NCBI GenBank assembly: GCA_963782055.1 | Contig: CAWAIF010000003.1 | Coordinates: 1,056,001 to 1,120,000 of the forward strand | DNA: 64,000 nucleotides | Origin: an uncultured delta proteobacterium | GTDB taxonomy: Bacteria > Myxococcota_A > Polyangia > Polyangiales > Polyangiaceae | Reading direction: 5' to 3' | Shown: positions 1-10,210 of the stretch, in pieces | Layout: each line of letters begins with the position of its first letter | How positions within the stretch are numbered: the first letter of the stretch is position 1 | Notes under the pieces: generated by a model | What the model saw: only the letters and a program-made list of their open reading frames with translations | Told to the model about the DNA's origin: nothing | Databases searched by the model: none | Made by a program: the position numbers and the translations under genes

Positions 1-1339
1 GACGGCGCAGCGCGAGACGCCCACCGTGCGCGCCATCCTGGTGCTCGACGAGTCGCACGACGTCCTCGCGTTCGCCTCCCGCGCGAGCAGCGCGTGGTCG
101 GACGAGGAGCAGTTCCGGCGCCTGCTCGTGCACCGCATGCTCTCCGACATGGACCTCTCGGCGCAGCCGCTCGACGAGCTGCGGCACCTGCACCACGAGT
201 ACGGCGGGCAGGGCTATCTCGTCAGCTACTGGCAGAAGATGAGCCACGGCCGCCGCTACATCATCGTCGCGTGGCACGACATCGGCCGCATCGTGAAGGA
301 CACGCTCCCCTCGGTCTACACCGAGACCGCGCTCGGCGGCGCGCCGCAGAGCCGCGTCAACGTCGTGGACGAGGAGGGCCGCATCATCTTCGGCCCGGTC
401 CTGCGCTCCGGGCAGTTCACCGTCGGCGTGCGCTTCCCGACGACCCTGTACAACTGGCGCCTGCAGGTGTCCCCCACCGCGAGCGAGGAGCTCGCGACGC
501 GCGTGCAGAACCGCAAGACGCTGGAGCTCGTGCTCATCACGCTCTCGTGCGTGGTCATCGTGGCGGGTGTCGCCACCATCCTGCTCGCGGTGGAGAAGGA
601 GCGGCGCATCAACGCCCTCAAGAGCGAGTTCGTCGCCAACGTGAGCCACGAGCTCAAGACGCCGCTCGCGCTGGTGCGCATGTTCGGGGAGATGCTCCAG
701 TCTGGCCGCGTGCCGAGCGACCAGAAGCGCCAGGAGTACCTGGACATCATCGTCCACGAGAGCGAGCGCCTCTCCAGCCTCATCGAGAACGTGCTGGACT
801 TCGCCAAGGTGGAGCGCGGGCGCGAGTCCTACGACTTCGCCGAGGGGGACGTGGGCGACGTCGTCGCCCGCGCCGCGCAGGTGCTCCGCTACCGCGCGGA
901 GCGCGAGCAGGTGCAGCTGGAGGTCGACATCGAGCCGAACCTACCGGTCTGCCGCATCGACGAGCGCGCCCTGCAGCTCGCCGTCATCAACCTCATCGAC
1001 AACGCCCTGAAGTACGCCCCGGGCAGCGGCGTCGTCCAGGTCTCCGCCCGCAAGGAGCGCAGCGGCATCGCCATCCGGGTGACCGACCGCGGCCCGGGCA
1101 TCGCCCGCGACGAGCAGGCCCGGATCTTCGAGCGATTCGTGCGCGGGTCCACCTCCCGCGACGGCGTCGGCGCCCCGGTTCGGGGCAGCGGCATCGGCCT
1201 TGCTTTGGTCAAGCACATCGTCGAGAGCCACGGGGGCACCGTCGGCGTGGAGAGCGAGCTGGGCAAGGGCAGCACCTTCTTCCTGACCGTCCCGGCGATG
1301 GGCGAGCCCGAACCGGCGGTCCAGCCCGCGCCCTCCTGA
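1..1339 (+). CDS. Sensor histidine kinase (5'-truncated by the window edge)
   Basis: Frame open from the window start. TM helix, H-box FVANVSHELKTPL, N-box NLIDNALKY, G1 DRGPGI, G2 GSGIGL. Confidence 0.92.
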   Translation, partial: TAQRETPTVRAILVLDESHDVLAFASRASSAWSDEEQFRRLLVHRMLSDMDLSAQPLDELRHLHHEYGGQGYLVSYWQKMSHGRRYIIVAWHDIGRIVKDTLPSVYTETALGGAPQSRVNVVDEEGRIIFGPVLRSGQFTVGVRFPTTLYNWRLQVSPTASEELATRVQNRKTLELVLITLSCVVIVAGVATILLAVEKERRINALKSEFVANVSHELKTPLALVRMFGEMLQSGRVPSDQKRQEYLDIIVHESERLSSLIENVLDFAKVERGRESYDFAEGDVGDVVARAAQVLRYRAEREQVQLEVDIEPNLPVCRIDERALQLAVINLIDNALKYAPGSGVVQVSARKERSGIAIRVTDRGPGIARDEQARIFERFVRGSTSRDGVGAPVRGSGIGLALVKHIVESHGGTVGVESELGKGSTFFLTVPAMGEPEPAVQPAPS

Positions 1340-1359
1340 GGCCGCCCGCCCTTCCCCCA

Positions 1360-1387
1360 TTGACCTCCTCGCGCCCACGGATATCGT
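1360..1387 (+). promoter_or_regulatory. Putative sigma70-type promoter of the RRM gene
   Basis: TTGACC(1360-65)-N16-TATCGT(1382-87). Confidence 0.5.
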
Positions 1388-1395
1388 CTAGAGGT

Positions 1396-1436
1396 CCGGG
1401 CCACGCGGAGAGGCGCCACGGTCCGGGTTTTTTTTT
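1396..1436 (+). terminator. Hairpin plus T9 tract (terminator or leader attenuator)
   Basis: CCGGGCC(1396-1402) pairs with GGTCCGG(1420-26), followed by G and T9 (1428-36). Confidence 0.55.
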
Positions 1437-1449
1437 AGGATCAAATTGC

Positions 1450-2322
1450 ATGGCGAATGAGGACGCGAAGCTGTTCGTGGCAGGGCTGCCGGACAGCATT
1501 TCGGAAGACGTGTTGAAGCAGCTCTTCGAAGCCGCCGGCGGCACCGTGCTGCAGGTGAGCATCCCGAAAGACAGGATGACGGGCAGACCGCGTGGCTTCG
1601 GCTTCGTGACGCTGTCCACCCCTGCGGAGGCGCAGACGGCGCGCGACGCGCTCGACGGCTCACTGCAGGGCGGCAAGTCCATCTCGGTGCGGCCGTTCCA
1701 GGCGGAGCCGCCGCGCCGCGACTCCGTCGGCCCCGGCGGCCCGCGCTCGAGCGGCCCCCGCCCCAGCGGCGGCCCAGGTGCGCCCAATCGCACGCTCTAC
1801 GTGGGCAACCTCCCCTACGACTGCACCCAGCAGGAGCTGGAGGAGCTCATCAACACGGCCACGGCGGGGGAGGGCCAGGTCGTCCGCATCCACATGCCGA
1901 CCGACCCTGACGGTCGCAAGCGTGGCTTCGGCTTCGTCACCATGTCCAGCACGGACACCGCCAAGTCGGCGGCCGAGTCGCTCAAGTCGTCGGACATCCG
2001 CGGACGGCGGCTCGTCGTCAACCTCGCTCACCCCAAGGGCGAGCGCCCGCCGCGCAGCGAAGGCGGCGGCTACAGCGGAGGTGGAGGTGGAGGCTACGCT
2101 GGCGGGGGCGGCGGCTACAGTGGAGGCGGCGGCGGTCATGGCGGCGGCTTCCCGTCGTCCGGCAGCGCGCCCCCCGCAGGCCGCAAGACCTTCGACAGCG
2201 ATCGCCGCAAGCGCCACGGCGGCGGCCACGGCGGTCCCGGGGAGGACGGCTCACCCCCGTCGCGCAAGCGCAAGGAGCGCGAGCCCCGCGGAGGCTGGGG
2301 CGGTGGCGGCGACGACGACTGA
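1450..2322 (+). CDS. RNA-binding protein with two RRM domains and a Gly-rich C-terminal tail
   Basis: True start is ATG 1450 inside track ORF 94..2322. RNP2/RNP1 pairs KLFVAGL/RGFGFVT and LYVGNL/RGFGFVT, then a GGGGY-rich tail. Confidence 0.92.
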   Translation: MANEDAKLFVAGLPDSISEDVLKQLFEAAGGTVLQVSIPKDRMTGRPRGFGFVTLSTPAEAQTARDALDGSLQGGKSISVRPFQAEPPRRDSVGPGGPRSSGPRPSGGPGAPNRTLYVGNLPYDCTQQELEELINTATAGEGQVVRIHMPTDPDGRKRGFGFVTMSSTDTAKSAAESLKSSDIRGRRLVVNLAHPKGERPPRSEGGGYSGGGGGGYAGGGGGYSGGGGGHGGGFPSSGSAPPAGRKTFDSDRRKRHGGGHGGPGEDGSPPSRKRKEREPRGGWGGGGDDD

Positions 2323-2336
2323 CCTCTCACCCCCCC

Positions 2337-2364
2337 TTGACTTGGGGCGTGGGGCGCGTAGGTT
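2337..2364 (+). promoter_or_regulatory. Putative promoter of rpmG
   Basis: TTGACT-N16-TAGGTT, with GGAG RBS at 2378-81. Confidence 0.45.
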
Positions 2365-2388
2365 GCGTCGCCCCGCTGGAGATTTGCG

Positions 2389-2550
2389 ATGCGTGACCTC
2401 ATCAAGATGACGTGCGGCAACTGCGGCCGCGCCAACTACACGACGACGAAGAACAAGCGGACCATGTCCGAGAAGTTCGAGATCAAGAAGTTCTGCCCCG
2501 TGTGCCGGAAGCACTTCCCGCACAAAGAGGGCAAGATCTCGAAGGGCTGA
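2389..2550 (+). CDS. rpmG: 50S ribosomal protein L33 (Zn-ribbon, C+ form)
   Basis: Absent from the ORF track (53 aa). Manual translation [53 protein letters not shown] has the NYTTTKN and KKFCP motifs. Confidence 0.96.
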   Translation: MRDLIKMTCGNCGRANYTTTKNKRTMSEKFEIKKFCPVCRKHFPHKEGKISKG

Positions 2551-2643
2551 TCTGCGACGCCTCGCCGGCGCCGCTGCCCGGGCATGGACATGCGTGCAGT
2601 CCCGCCGGGGGAGCGGGGTAGACACGCTACGTCCGTGTGATAG

Positions 2644-3762
<1,119 letters not shown>

Positions 3763-3799
3763 CCCGAGAGGGCCGCCCACCACGCTGAGGGAAGCTGTC

Positions 3800-4675
3800 G
3801 TGTCCCCGCTCAAGCGCTACCGCGACCCGATCATCGTCGCTTTCTTGCTGGCGCTGCCCTTCTTCATGCTCCGGGCGAACATGAAGAAGCCGGAGAACCT
3901 GAACGCGCTGGACCGCGTGCTGCTCCGCATCTCCGCGCCCATCGAGTACGGCGCGGCGACGATGGCGCGCGGCGTGTCGAGCGTCTGGGGCGACTACATC
4001 TACCTGGTCGACGTCAAGAAGGACAACGACCGCCTCAGCTACGACAACGCCCGCCTGCACGAGGACGTGCACCGGCTGGAGCAGGCCCAGGCGGAGAACC
4101 AGCAGCTCCGGCGACTGCTGCAGCTCCGCGAGAGCACGCCCGGCGAGACGGTCAGCGCGCTCGTCGTCGGCAAGGACTTCAACCAGTTCTTTCGCGTCAC
4201 GCGCGTCGTCCTCGACCGCGGCTCGCGCGACGTGAAGCCCTACATGCCCGTCGTCTCCCCCGACGGCGTCGTCGGTGTCGTGCTCCACGTGGTGGGCGAC
4301 GAGGTGGACGTCCAGCTCGCGGTGGACGCGGCGTTCGGCGTGGACGTCGAGGACGAGCGCACCAGCGCGCGCGGCTTCGTCCGCGGCACGGGCGACCCGT
4401 CGCGACACTGGTGCCGCGTGGAGATGGTGGACTCGCGCGACATCGTCCAGGTCGGCGACCTGCTGGTGACCAGCGGCAAGGGCAAGCGCTTCCCGCGCGG
4501 CATCCCCGTGGCCCGCGTGACGAAGGTGGTCAAGCTGGAGCGCGGGCGCGATCAGGAGGTGGAGGCCTCGCCCACCGTCGACTTCTCCCGCCTGGACTCC
4601 GTCCTCATCCTGCTCACCACCCCCGACGAGGCGGCCGGCCTCACCGCGGACGCCCAGAAGCCGAAGGGGAAGTGA
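3800..4675 (+). CDS. mreC: Rod shape-determining protein MreC
   Basis: N-terminal TM, coiled coil (ENQQLRRLL), GDLLVTSG..FPRGIPVA; follows mreB. Confidence 0.95.
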   Translation: MSPLKRYRDPIIVAFLLALPFFMLRANMKKPENLNALDRVLLRISAPIEYGAATMARGVSSVWGDYIYLVDVKKDNDRLSYDNARLHEDVHRLEQAQAENQQLRRLLQLRESTPGETVSALVVGKDFNQFFRVTRVVLDRGSRDVKPYMPVVSPDGVVGVVLHVVGDEVDVQLAVDAAFGVDVEDERTSARGFVRGTGDPSRHWCRVEMVDSRDIVQVGDLLVTSGKGKRFPRGIPVARVTKVVKLERGRDQEVEASPTVDFSRLDSVLILLTTPDEAAGLTADAQKPKGK

Positions 4676-4676
4676 C

Positions 4677-5201
4677 GTGCGGCACGCGGCGCTCTTTTTG
4701 TTCGGGCTCGTGCTCATCCTGGTGCAGTCCAACCTGTTCCGGGTGCTCGATCACGTGCACGTCCCGGGCCTCACGCCCACCCTGGTGCTGCCCATCATCG
4801 TCTTCATGGGTGTGCACGAGTACCCCCTCGCCAAGGGCGCCGGTGTCGCCTTCGCCCTCGGCTACGCGACCGACCTCGTCTCCATCGCGCCGGTCGGCCT
4901 GTTCACCTTCACCTTCGTCGCGCTCTACGTGCTGACGCGCGCCGCCGGCGTCCGCCTGGCCGCGCAGACCGCGATGATGCAGATCGTCGTCGCCGTGGCC
5001 GCCGCCCTGGTCCACGCGGTGATGATCCTCGTGCTCCTCGCCATCTTCGGGCGGGACCCGTACGTGCCGCGCGCGCTCTACCCGCTGATGCTCCCCAACG
5101 TGCTGTCGACCGGTCTCCTCGCGCCGCTCGTGTTTCGCGCGTGCCGCCGCGTCCACACGGCCACCGCGCGCAGCGAGGGCGCGCAGGGAGGCCGGGCGTG
5201 A
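4677..5201 (+). CDS. mreD: Rod shape-determining protein MreD
   Basis: Small polytopic membrane protein between mreC and mrdA. Confidence 0.88.
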   Translation: MRHAALFLFGLVLILVQSNLFRVLDHVHVPGLTPTLVLPIIVFMGVHEYPLAKGAGVAFALGYATDLVSIAPVGLFTFTFVALYVLTRAAGVRLAAQTAMMQIVVAVAAALVHAVMILVLLAIFGRDPYVPRALYPLMLPNVLSTGLLAPLVFRACRRVHTATARSEGAQGGRA

Positions 5202-7372
5202 GTAACCTGCTCGTCCCGCGCGAGGGCGCCGCGGAGTTCCGCAAGCGCTACAAGTGGTTCGCCCTCGGGGTCGTGCTCGCCTTCGGCGTCATCGTCGTGC
5301 GGCTCTTCCAGCTCCAGGTGCTGCAGGGCCAGGACTACGCCGACATGGCCCACGAGAACATCGTGCGGCGCGCCTCCATCGCCACCACCCGCGGCGTCAT
5401 CCTGGACTCGCAGGGCAAGGTGCTCGCCTCCAGCCGCCCGGCCTACAACGTGATCGTCGTGCCCGGCCGCGTGCTCCCGAGCGCCGTCGCCGGCCGCCGG
5501 CCGAGCAGCGTGGCCGACGCGCCGGACACCTGGCCGAAGATCGCCGAGACGCTCCGCCTCAACCCGGACGAGCGCCAGCGCACCGAGGCGCGCTTGCGTG
5601 CCGCGTGCGTCGGGGCCTCCTGGCGGGACGCCCCCGAGGTGCGACGCCACTCCCCGTGCTGGCGCGCCATCCTCCTGCGCGAGGACGTCTCGCGCGACAT
5701 CGTCGCCGAGCTGAAGGAGCACGCCGCCGAGCTCACCGGCGAGCGCGTCGCGTCCGCCCCCGTCCGCTACTACCCGTACAAGAGCCTCGGATCGCACATG
5801 CTCGGCTACGTGCACGAGCTGGACGCGGAGACGCTCGCGAAGGTCAAGCCCAAGGGCTACGAGGACATGACCCCCGAGGAGCGGCAGAAGGTCAACCCGC
5901 TCGGCTACGAGGTGGGCGACACCCTCGGCGCGACGGGCGTCGAGCGGGCGTGGGAGAGTCGTTTGCGGGGCCAGCGCGGCTGGGAGAAGCGCGTGGTGGA
6001 CGCCCACGGCCACTACCACTCCGGCCCGGAGACCGAGCGCCTGCTGGATGACCCGAAGCGGCAGGAGCCCATCCCGGGCAACGGCCTGCGCCTAACGGTC
6101 GACATCGAGCTGGAGCAGGCGATCGAGCGCGCCATGCGCCCGCACGTCGCCGGCGCGGTCGTCGTGGTGGACGTCCGCACCGGGCGCCTGCGCGCCCTGT
6201 ACTCCAAGCCGGGCTTCGACCCGAACGACCTCTCCGGCGCCGGCGGCAAGTCGCGCGTGCGCGAGACCTACAAGAAGCTCGCGGCGGACCCCATGCAGCC
6301 GCTGCTCGACAAGACCATCAGCGGCGCCTACCAGCCCGGGTCCACCTTCAAGCCCTTCTCCGCGCTCGCCGCGCTCGAAGACAACCTGATCGATCCGGAG
6401 GACACGCAGCGCTGCGACGGCTACCTCATGTTCGGCCGCCGTATCTTCCACTGCACCCACGTCCATGGCCGCGTGAACATGCACGACGCCATCGCCGCCT
6501 CGTGCAACGTGTACTTCTTCCACCTCGCCGAGACCGTCGGCATGGATCGCATCGCCGAGGTGGCGACCGACTTCGGGCTGGGCCAGAAGACAGGCCTCGG
6601 GGACAACCCGGAGGCGTCTGGCCGCATCCCCACGCGAAGCTGGTACGCGCTGCGCTACCGCGGGCAGTTCCGCCTCGGCTTCACGCTCAACACCGCCATC
6701 GGGCAGGGCGACGCGTCGGTGACGCCCCTGCAGCTCGCCCTGGCCTACGCCGCCATCGCCAACGGCGGCACGGTCTACCTGCCGCAGCTCATCCGCGCGG
6801 TGGAGACGAGCGACGGTGACGTGGTGCAGGACTTCCCGCCGCGCGTCCGCCACAAGGTGCACATCAAGCCGGAGAACCTCGCGCGGGTCGTCTCCGCCCT
6901 CCAGGCCGTCGTCAACGACCCGAAGGGCACTGCCTACGCGGTGCGAGATCCTGCGCTGGACGTCGCGGGCAAGACAGGCACCGCGCAGACCGGTTACATT
7001 CCCGCCAAGGGGGAGGACCCCAAGCTGGCCGCCTTCTTCTCGCGCGACCACGCCTGGTTCGCCGCCTTCTCGCCCTCGAAGGCGCCGGAGATCGCCGTCG
7101 TCGTCTTCATCGAGCACGGCGGCGCCGGCCCCACGCAGGCCGCGCCGATCGCGATGCAGATCGTCCGCGACTACGAGCGCATCGCCGCCTCGCGCGGGCC
7201 GAAGCCCAAGACCCCGCCGCCGCCACCGCCGAAGCCGGCGGCCGTCGTCCCCGCGCCAACCGCCACGTCGCCGCCCCCGGCCGACGCGGGCGCGACCGCG
7301 ACCACCGCCAAGGACGCCGGCCCCGCCGGCGACCAGGCTCACGTGGCCCCCGACGCCGGAGCCTCGCCGTGA
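5198..7372 (+). CDS. mrdA: Penicillin-binding protein 2 (elongasome transpeptidase)
   Basis: GTG 5198 overlaps the mreD stop. SxxK (STFK), SxN (SCN) and KTG motifs; Pro-rich tail. Confidence 0.95.
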   Translation: MSNLLVPREGAAEFRKRYKWFALGVVLAFGVIVVRLFQLQVLQGQDYADMAHENIVRRASIATTRGVILDSQGKVLASSRPAYNVIVVPGRVLPSAVAGRRPSSVADAPDTWPKIAETLRLNPDERQRTEARLRAACVGASWRDAPEVRRHSPCWRAILLREDVSRDIVAELKEHAAELTGERVASAPVRYYPYKSLGSHMLGYVHELDAETLAKVKPKGYEDMTPEERQKVNPLGYEVGDTLGATGVERAWESRLRGQRGWEKRVVDAHGHYHSGPETERLLDDPKRQEPIPGNGLRLTVDIELEQAIERAMRPHVAGAVVVVDVRTGRLRALYSKPGFDPNDLSGAGGKSRVRETYKKLAADPMQPLLDKTISGAYQPGSTFKPFSALAALEDNLIDPEDTQRCDGYLMFGRRIFHCTHVHGRVNMHDAIAASCNVYFFHLAETVGMDRIAEVATDFGLGQKTGLGDNPEASGRIPTRSWYALRYRGQFRLGFTLNTAIGQGDASVTPLQLALAYAAIANGGTVYLPQLIRAVETSDGDVVQDFPPRVRHKVHIKPENLARVVSALQAVVNDPKGTAYAVRDPALDVAGKTGTAQTGYIPAKGEDPKLAAFFSRDHAWFAAFSPSKAPEIAVVVFIEHGGAGPTQAAPIAMQIVRDYERIAASRGPKPKTPPPPPPKPAAVVPAPTATSPPPADAGATATTAKDAGPAGDQAHVAPDAGASP

Positions 7373-8517
7373 GCGCCGACGGCACCTGGTTCTCCTCCGC
7401 GCGCACCTTCGAAAGGACGCGCGACCAGTTCGACTGGGTCCTCTTCCTGGTCGCCGCGATGCTCGCCGTGGTGGGCGTCGTGAACCTGTACTCCGCGACG
7501 AGCGTCGTGCGCGCCTCGCTCTCCGATCTCTACGTCCTGCAGGTCTACTGGCTCGTCTTCGGCGGCATCTTCGCGACCATCGTCGCCGCCATCGACTACC
7601 GCCACTACGAGCGCCTGGGCTACGCGCTCTACGGGTTCGGCGTGGTGCTCCTGCTGCTCGTCTTCATCCTGGGGCGCGACATCCGCGGCAGCTCCCGCTG
7701 GATCTACATCGGCTCGTTCAGCTTGCAGCCGAGCGAGTTCATGAAGCTGTTCTTGATCATCGCGCTGGCCAAGTATCTCCACAACGATCCCAAGAGCGAG
7801 GGCCGCACCCTGCGCGACCTCGCCATCCCCGCGCTCATCGCCGCGGTGCCCGTGGTGCTCGTGCTCCGCCAGCCGGACCTCGGCACCGCGCTCATCCTGA
7901 TGCTCATCTTCGCCAGCATCTGCGCGATGATGCGCATCCGCCGCCGCACCGTCGCGTGGATCGCCGCCGGCGTCGTGGTCTCCTTCTACCTGGCGTACAA
8001 CTACGGCCTCAAGGGCTACCAGCTCGAGCGCATCACCAGCTTCCTCCACCCCGAGCAGCAGCTCCTCGGCGCCAACTGGCACGCCCACCACGCGCGCGTG
8101 GCCATCGGCAGCGGGCAGTGGCTCGGGGAGGGCTTCATGAAGGGGACGCAGAACCAGTTCCTCTTCCTGCCCGACCAGTACACCGACTTCCCCTTCCCGG
8201 TCTTCGCCGAGGACTGGGGCTTCGCCGGGTCCATGCTGCTCGTCGCCCTGTACGGCTTCCTCGTGCTCTGGGCGGTGCGGGTCGCCGCCACCGCGCGCGA
8301 TCGGTTCGGCGCGGTCATCTCCATCGGCGTCGGCGCGCTCCTCTTCTGGCACGCCTTCTTCAACCTGGGCATGGTCACCGGCCTGCTCCCGGTCGTCGGC
8401 GTCACCCTCCCGCTCTTCTCCTACGGCGGCTCCAGCGTCCTCACGGTCATGATCGGCCTGGGTCTGCTGATGAACGTGTCCATGCGGCGCTACCAGGTCG
8501 CGCCGGGCCGCTTCTGA
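7369..8517 (+). CDS. rodA: SEDS peptidoglycan glycosyltransferase RodA
   Basis: QPSEFMK, QPDLGTA, TDF.F.VFAE, LPLFSYGGSS motifs. Confidence 0.96.
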   Translation: MSADGTWFSSARTFERTRDQFDWVLFLVAAMLAVVGVVNLYSATSVVRASLSDLYVLQVYWLVFGGIFATIVAAIDYRHYERLGYALYGFGVVLLLLVFILGRDIRGSSRWIYIGSFSLQPSEFMKLFLIIALAKYLHNDPKSEGRTLRDLAIPALIAAVPVVLVLRQPDLGTALILMLIFASICAMMRIRRRTVAWIAAGVVVSFYLAYNYGLKGYQLERITSFLHPEQQLLGANWHAHHARVAIGSGQWLGEGFMKGTQNQFLFLPDQYTDFPFPVFAEDWGFAGSMLLVALYGFLVLWAVRVAATARDRFGAVISIGVGALLFWHAFFNLGMVTGLLPVVGVTLPLFSYGGSSVLTVMIGLGLLMNVSMRRYQVAPGRF

Positions 8518-8559
8518 CCGCGCCCGCCTCGCCGCCTCACCCCCGGGGGAGATGATCCA

Positions 8560-10158
8560 TCAGCCGACGATGGGGGCGAGCACCATCGCGAGGGCGGCGA
8601 AGGTCAAGGCGATGGGGCGCGACACCGCCTCGCCCAGCGCGGAGGCGACCAGCAGCGCGAGCGCGGCGCCGGCGACCGCCTGCGCGCCCGCGCCGAACCC
8701 CACGCGAAGCAGCACGCCCGTCGCGCACACCGCCGCGACCACCACGAAGGTGGTCCGCACCCGCGCCCGGAGGCTCGGGCCGCCGCGTACCAGCGCGCCG
8801 AGCACCAGCGCCCCGAGCACCGCCACCGCGACCGCCGGGCGCGCGACGTCGATGCCGCGCACCGCCACGCCGGCGACCGCGCACCGCGTGAGCAGCGTCG
8901 CGTGGTCCGCCGCCGGCGCGTGCATCGTCATCGCCCAGCGCGCGCACGCCGCGGCGCTCACCGCGTCCAGCACCGCCAGCCCCACCGCCAGCGCCCCCAG
9001 CACCGCGCCGACCCGCGCCGCGACGCGCGCGGCCTCGTGCGTCTCTCGCCACGCGTCCGGCTGCGCCCCGGAGGCCACCTGCAGCAGCACCGCCGCGCCC
9101 TGCGCGCCGATCGCCGCCACCACCACGCCGAAGGCGGCCGCGTGCGCCTTGCCCGACCTGGCGGCGACCGCAGCGCTCGCCAGCGCCGCCAGCGCGACGC
9201 ACAGGAAGGACACCACCTCAACGAGCCGCGGCCGCGCCGACGCGCGCGCCACCGAGAAGACGCCCGCCGTCGCCGCGATGCCCGCTGCCCCGCAGAACAC
9301 CAGCACCAGCCAGAGGGATCCGGAGAGGGCCGAGGCCGCCCCCACGATGCCGAAGAGGGTGAGGATGGCGGCGACGAAGAAGGCGCGCGACATGGCCGCG
9401 CCCTCCGTCTCGCGTGGGCCCACCCGCAGCGACGCCACGCCGAACACCGCGGCCACCGCGCCGAGCGCCCGAGCCGCCACCGGGAAGAGCAAGAGCCCCA
9501 GCGCGCTCTCGTAGCCCGGACCGGCCTGCAGCGCCCCCGAGTTCTGATCGAAGAAGTACGCCGCCACGAGCATCGCCGCGCCCGTCTCCACCGCCGCCTC
9601 CGACGAAGGCCGCGCGCGCTCGTCGCCGGAGGCGACCGCCGCGACGCCCGACGCGAACCCCGCGATGAGCCAGGCCACGTGTGGAGCGAGCCGCTGCGGC
9701 GCGGCGAAGGCGCCGGAGACCGCCCAAGCCGCGAAGACGAGCACCGTCAGGCCCGCCAGCGCGCCGAGCAGGTCGGCGAGCGGACCCACGGCCGACGCGC
9801 GCACCGCCAGCTCGAGCGGGCCGCCGTCCGGCGCCCGCGCGGCGGCGGCCCGCGCTGCCCAGTCGCGCAGCGCGCGCGCGAGCGTCGTCACCAGCACGCC
9901 GGCGGCGCACGAGCCGCACGCCCACGCCCCGGCCGCGAGCGCGTCGCGGGCGAAGGGTGTGGGCCCCCGCCCCGCCGCCACGGCCAGCAGCAGCACCGGC
10001 GCGAGTGCCGCGCCCGCCAGCGCGTCGTCGCGGACGGCCCGCGCGGGCACCGGCGGCGCCTCGCCCACGACCGGCTGCTTGCGCAGCGAGGTCGCAACCC
10101 AGCCCAGCCCACCGGCGCCGAGCGCGGTGGCGATCAGCACAGGGGCGATCTCGATCAT
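8560..10158 (-). CDS. Polytopic membrane protein, degenerate homologue of membrane H+/Na+-translocating pyrophosphatase (HppA) lacking catalytic motifs
   Basis: TM segments follow the remembered HppA consensus in order (LLFPVAARALG, FGVVVAAIG, IDVARPAV, GAQAVAG, MVLAPIV). The acidic catalytic loops are absent. Confidence 0.7.
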   Translation of the reverse strand: MIEIAPVLIATALGAGGLGWVATSLRKQPVVGEAPPVPARAVRDDALAGAALAPVLLLAVAAGRGPTPFARDALAAGAWACGSCAAGVLVTTLARALRDWAARAAAARAPDGGPLELAVRASAVGPLADLLGALAGLTVLVFAAWAVSGAFAAPQRLAPHVAWLIAGFASGVAAVASGDERARPSSEAAVETGAAMLVAAYFFDQNSGALQAGPGYESALGLLLFPVAARALGAVAAVFGVASLRVGPRETEGAAMSRAFFVAAILTLFGIVGAASALSGSLWLVLVFCGAAGIAATAGVFSVARASARPRLVEVVSFLCVALAALASAAVAARSGKAHAAAFGVVVAAIGAQGAAVLLQVASGAQPDAWRETHEAARVAARVGAVLGALAVGLAVLDAVSAAACARWAMTMHAPAADHATLLTRCAVAGVAVRGIDVARPAVAVAVLGALVLGALVRGGPSLRARVRTTFVVVAAVCATGVLLRVGFGAGAQAVAGAALALLVASALGEAVSRPIALTFAALAMVLAPIVG

Positions 10159-10210
10159 GGCGGCGGCCGGCGGGGACGCGCGGCGACACGCGCGCCGGGC
10201 GCGCGCCGTG

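Noticed and set aside
94..1449. N-terminal 452 aa of track ORF 94..2322
   Set aside because: Arg/Ala-rich off-frame shadow of the kinase gene; the real protein starts at ATG 1450.
2412..2621. Track ORF of 69 aa
   Set aside because: Wrong frame of rpmG.
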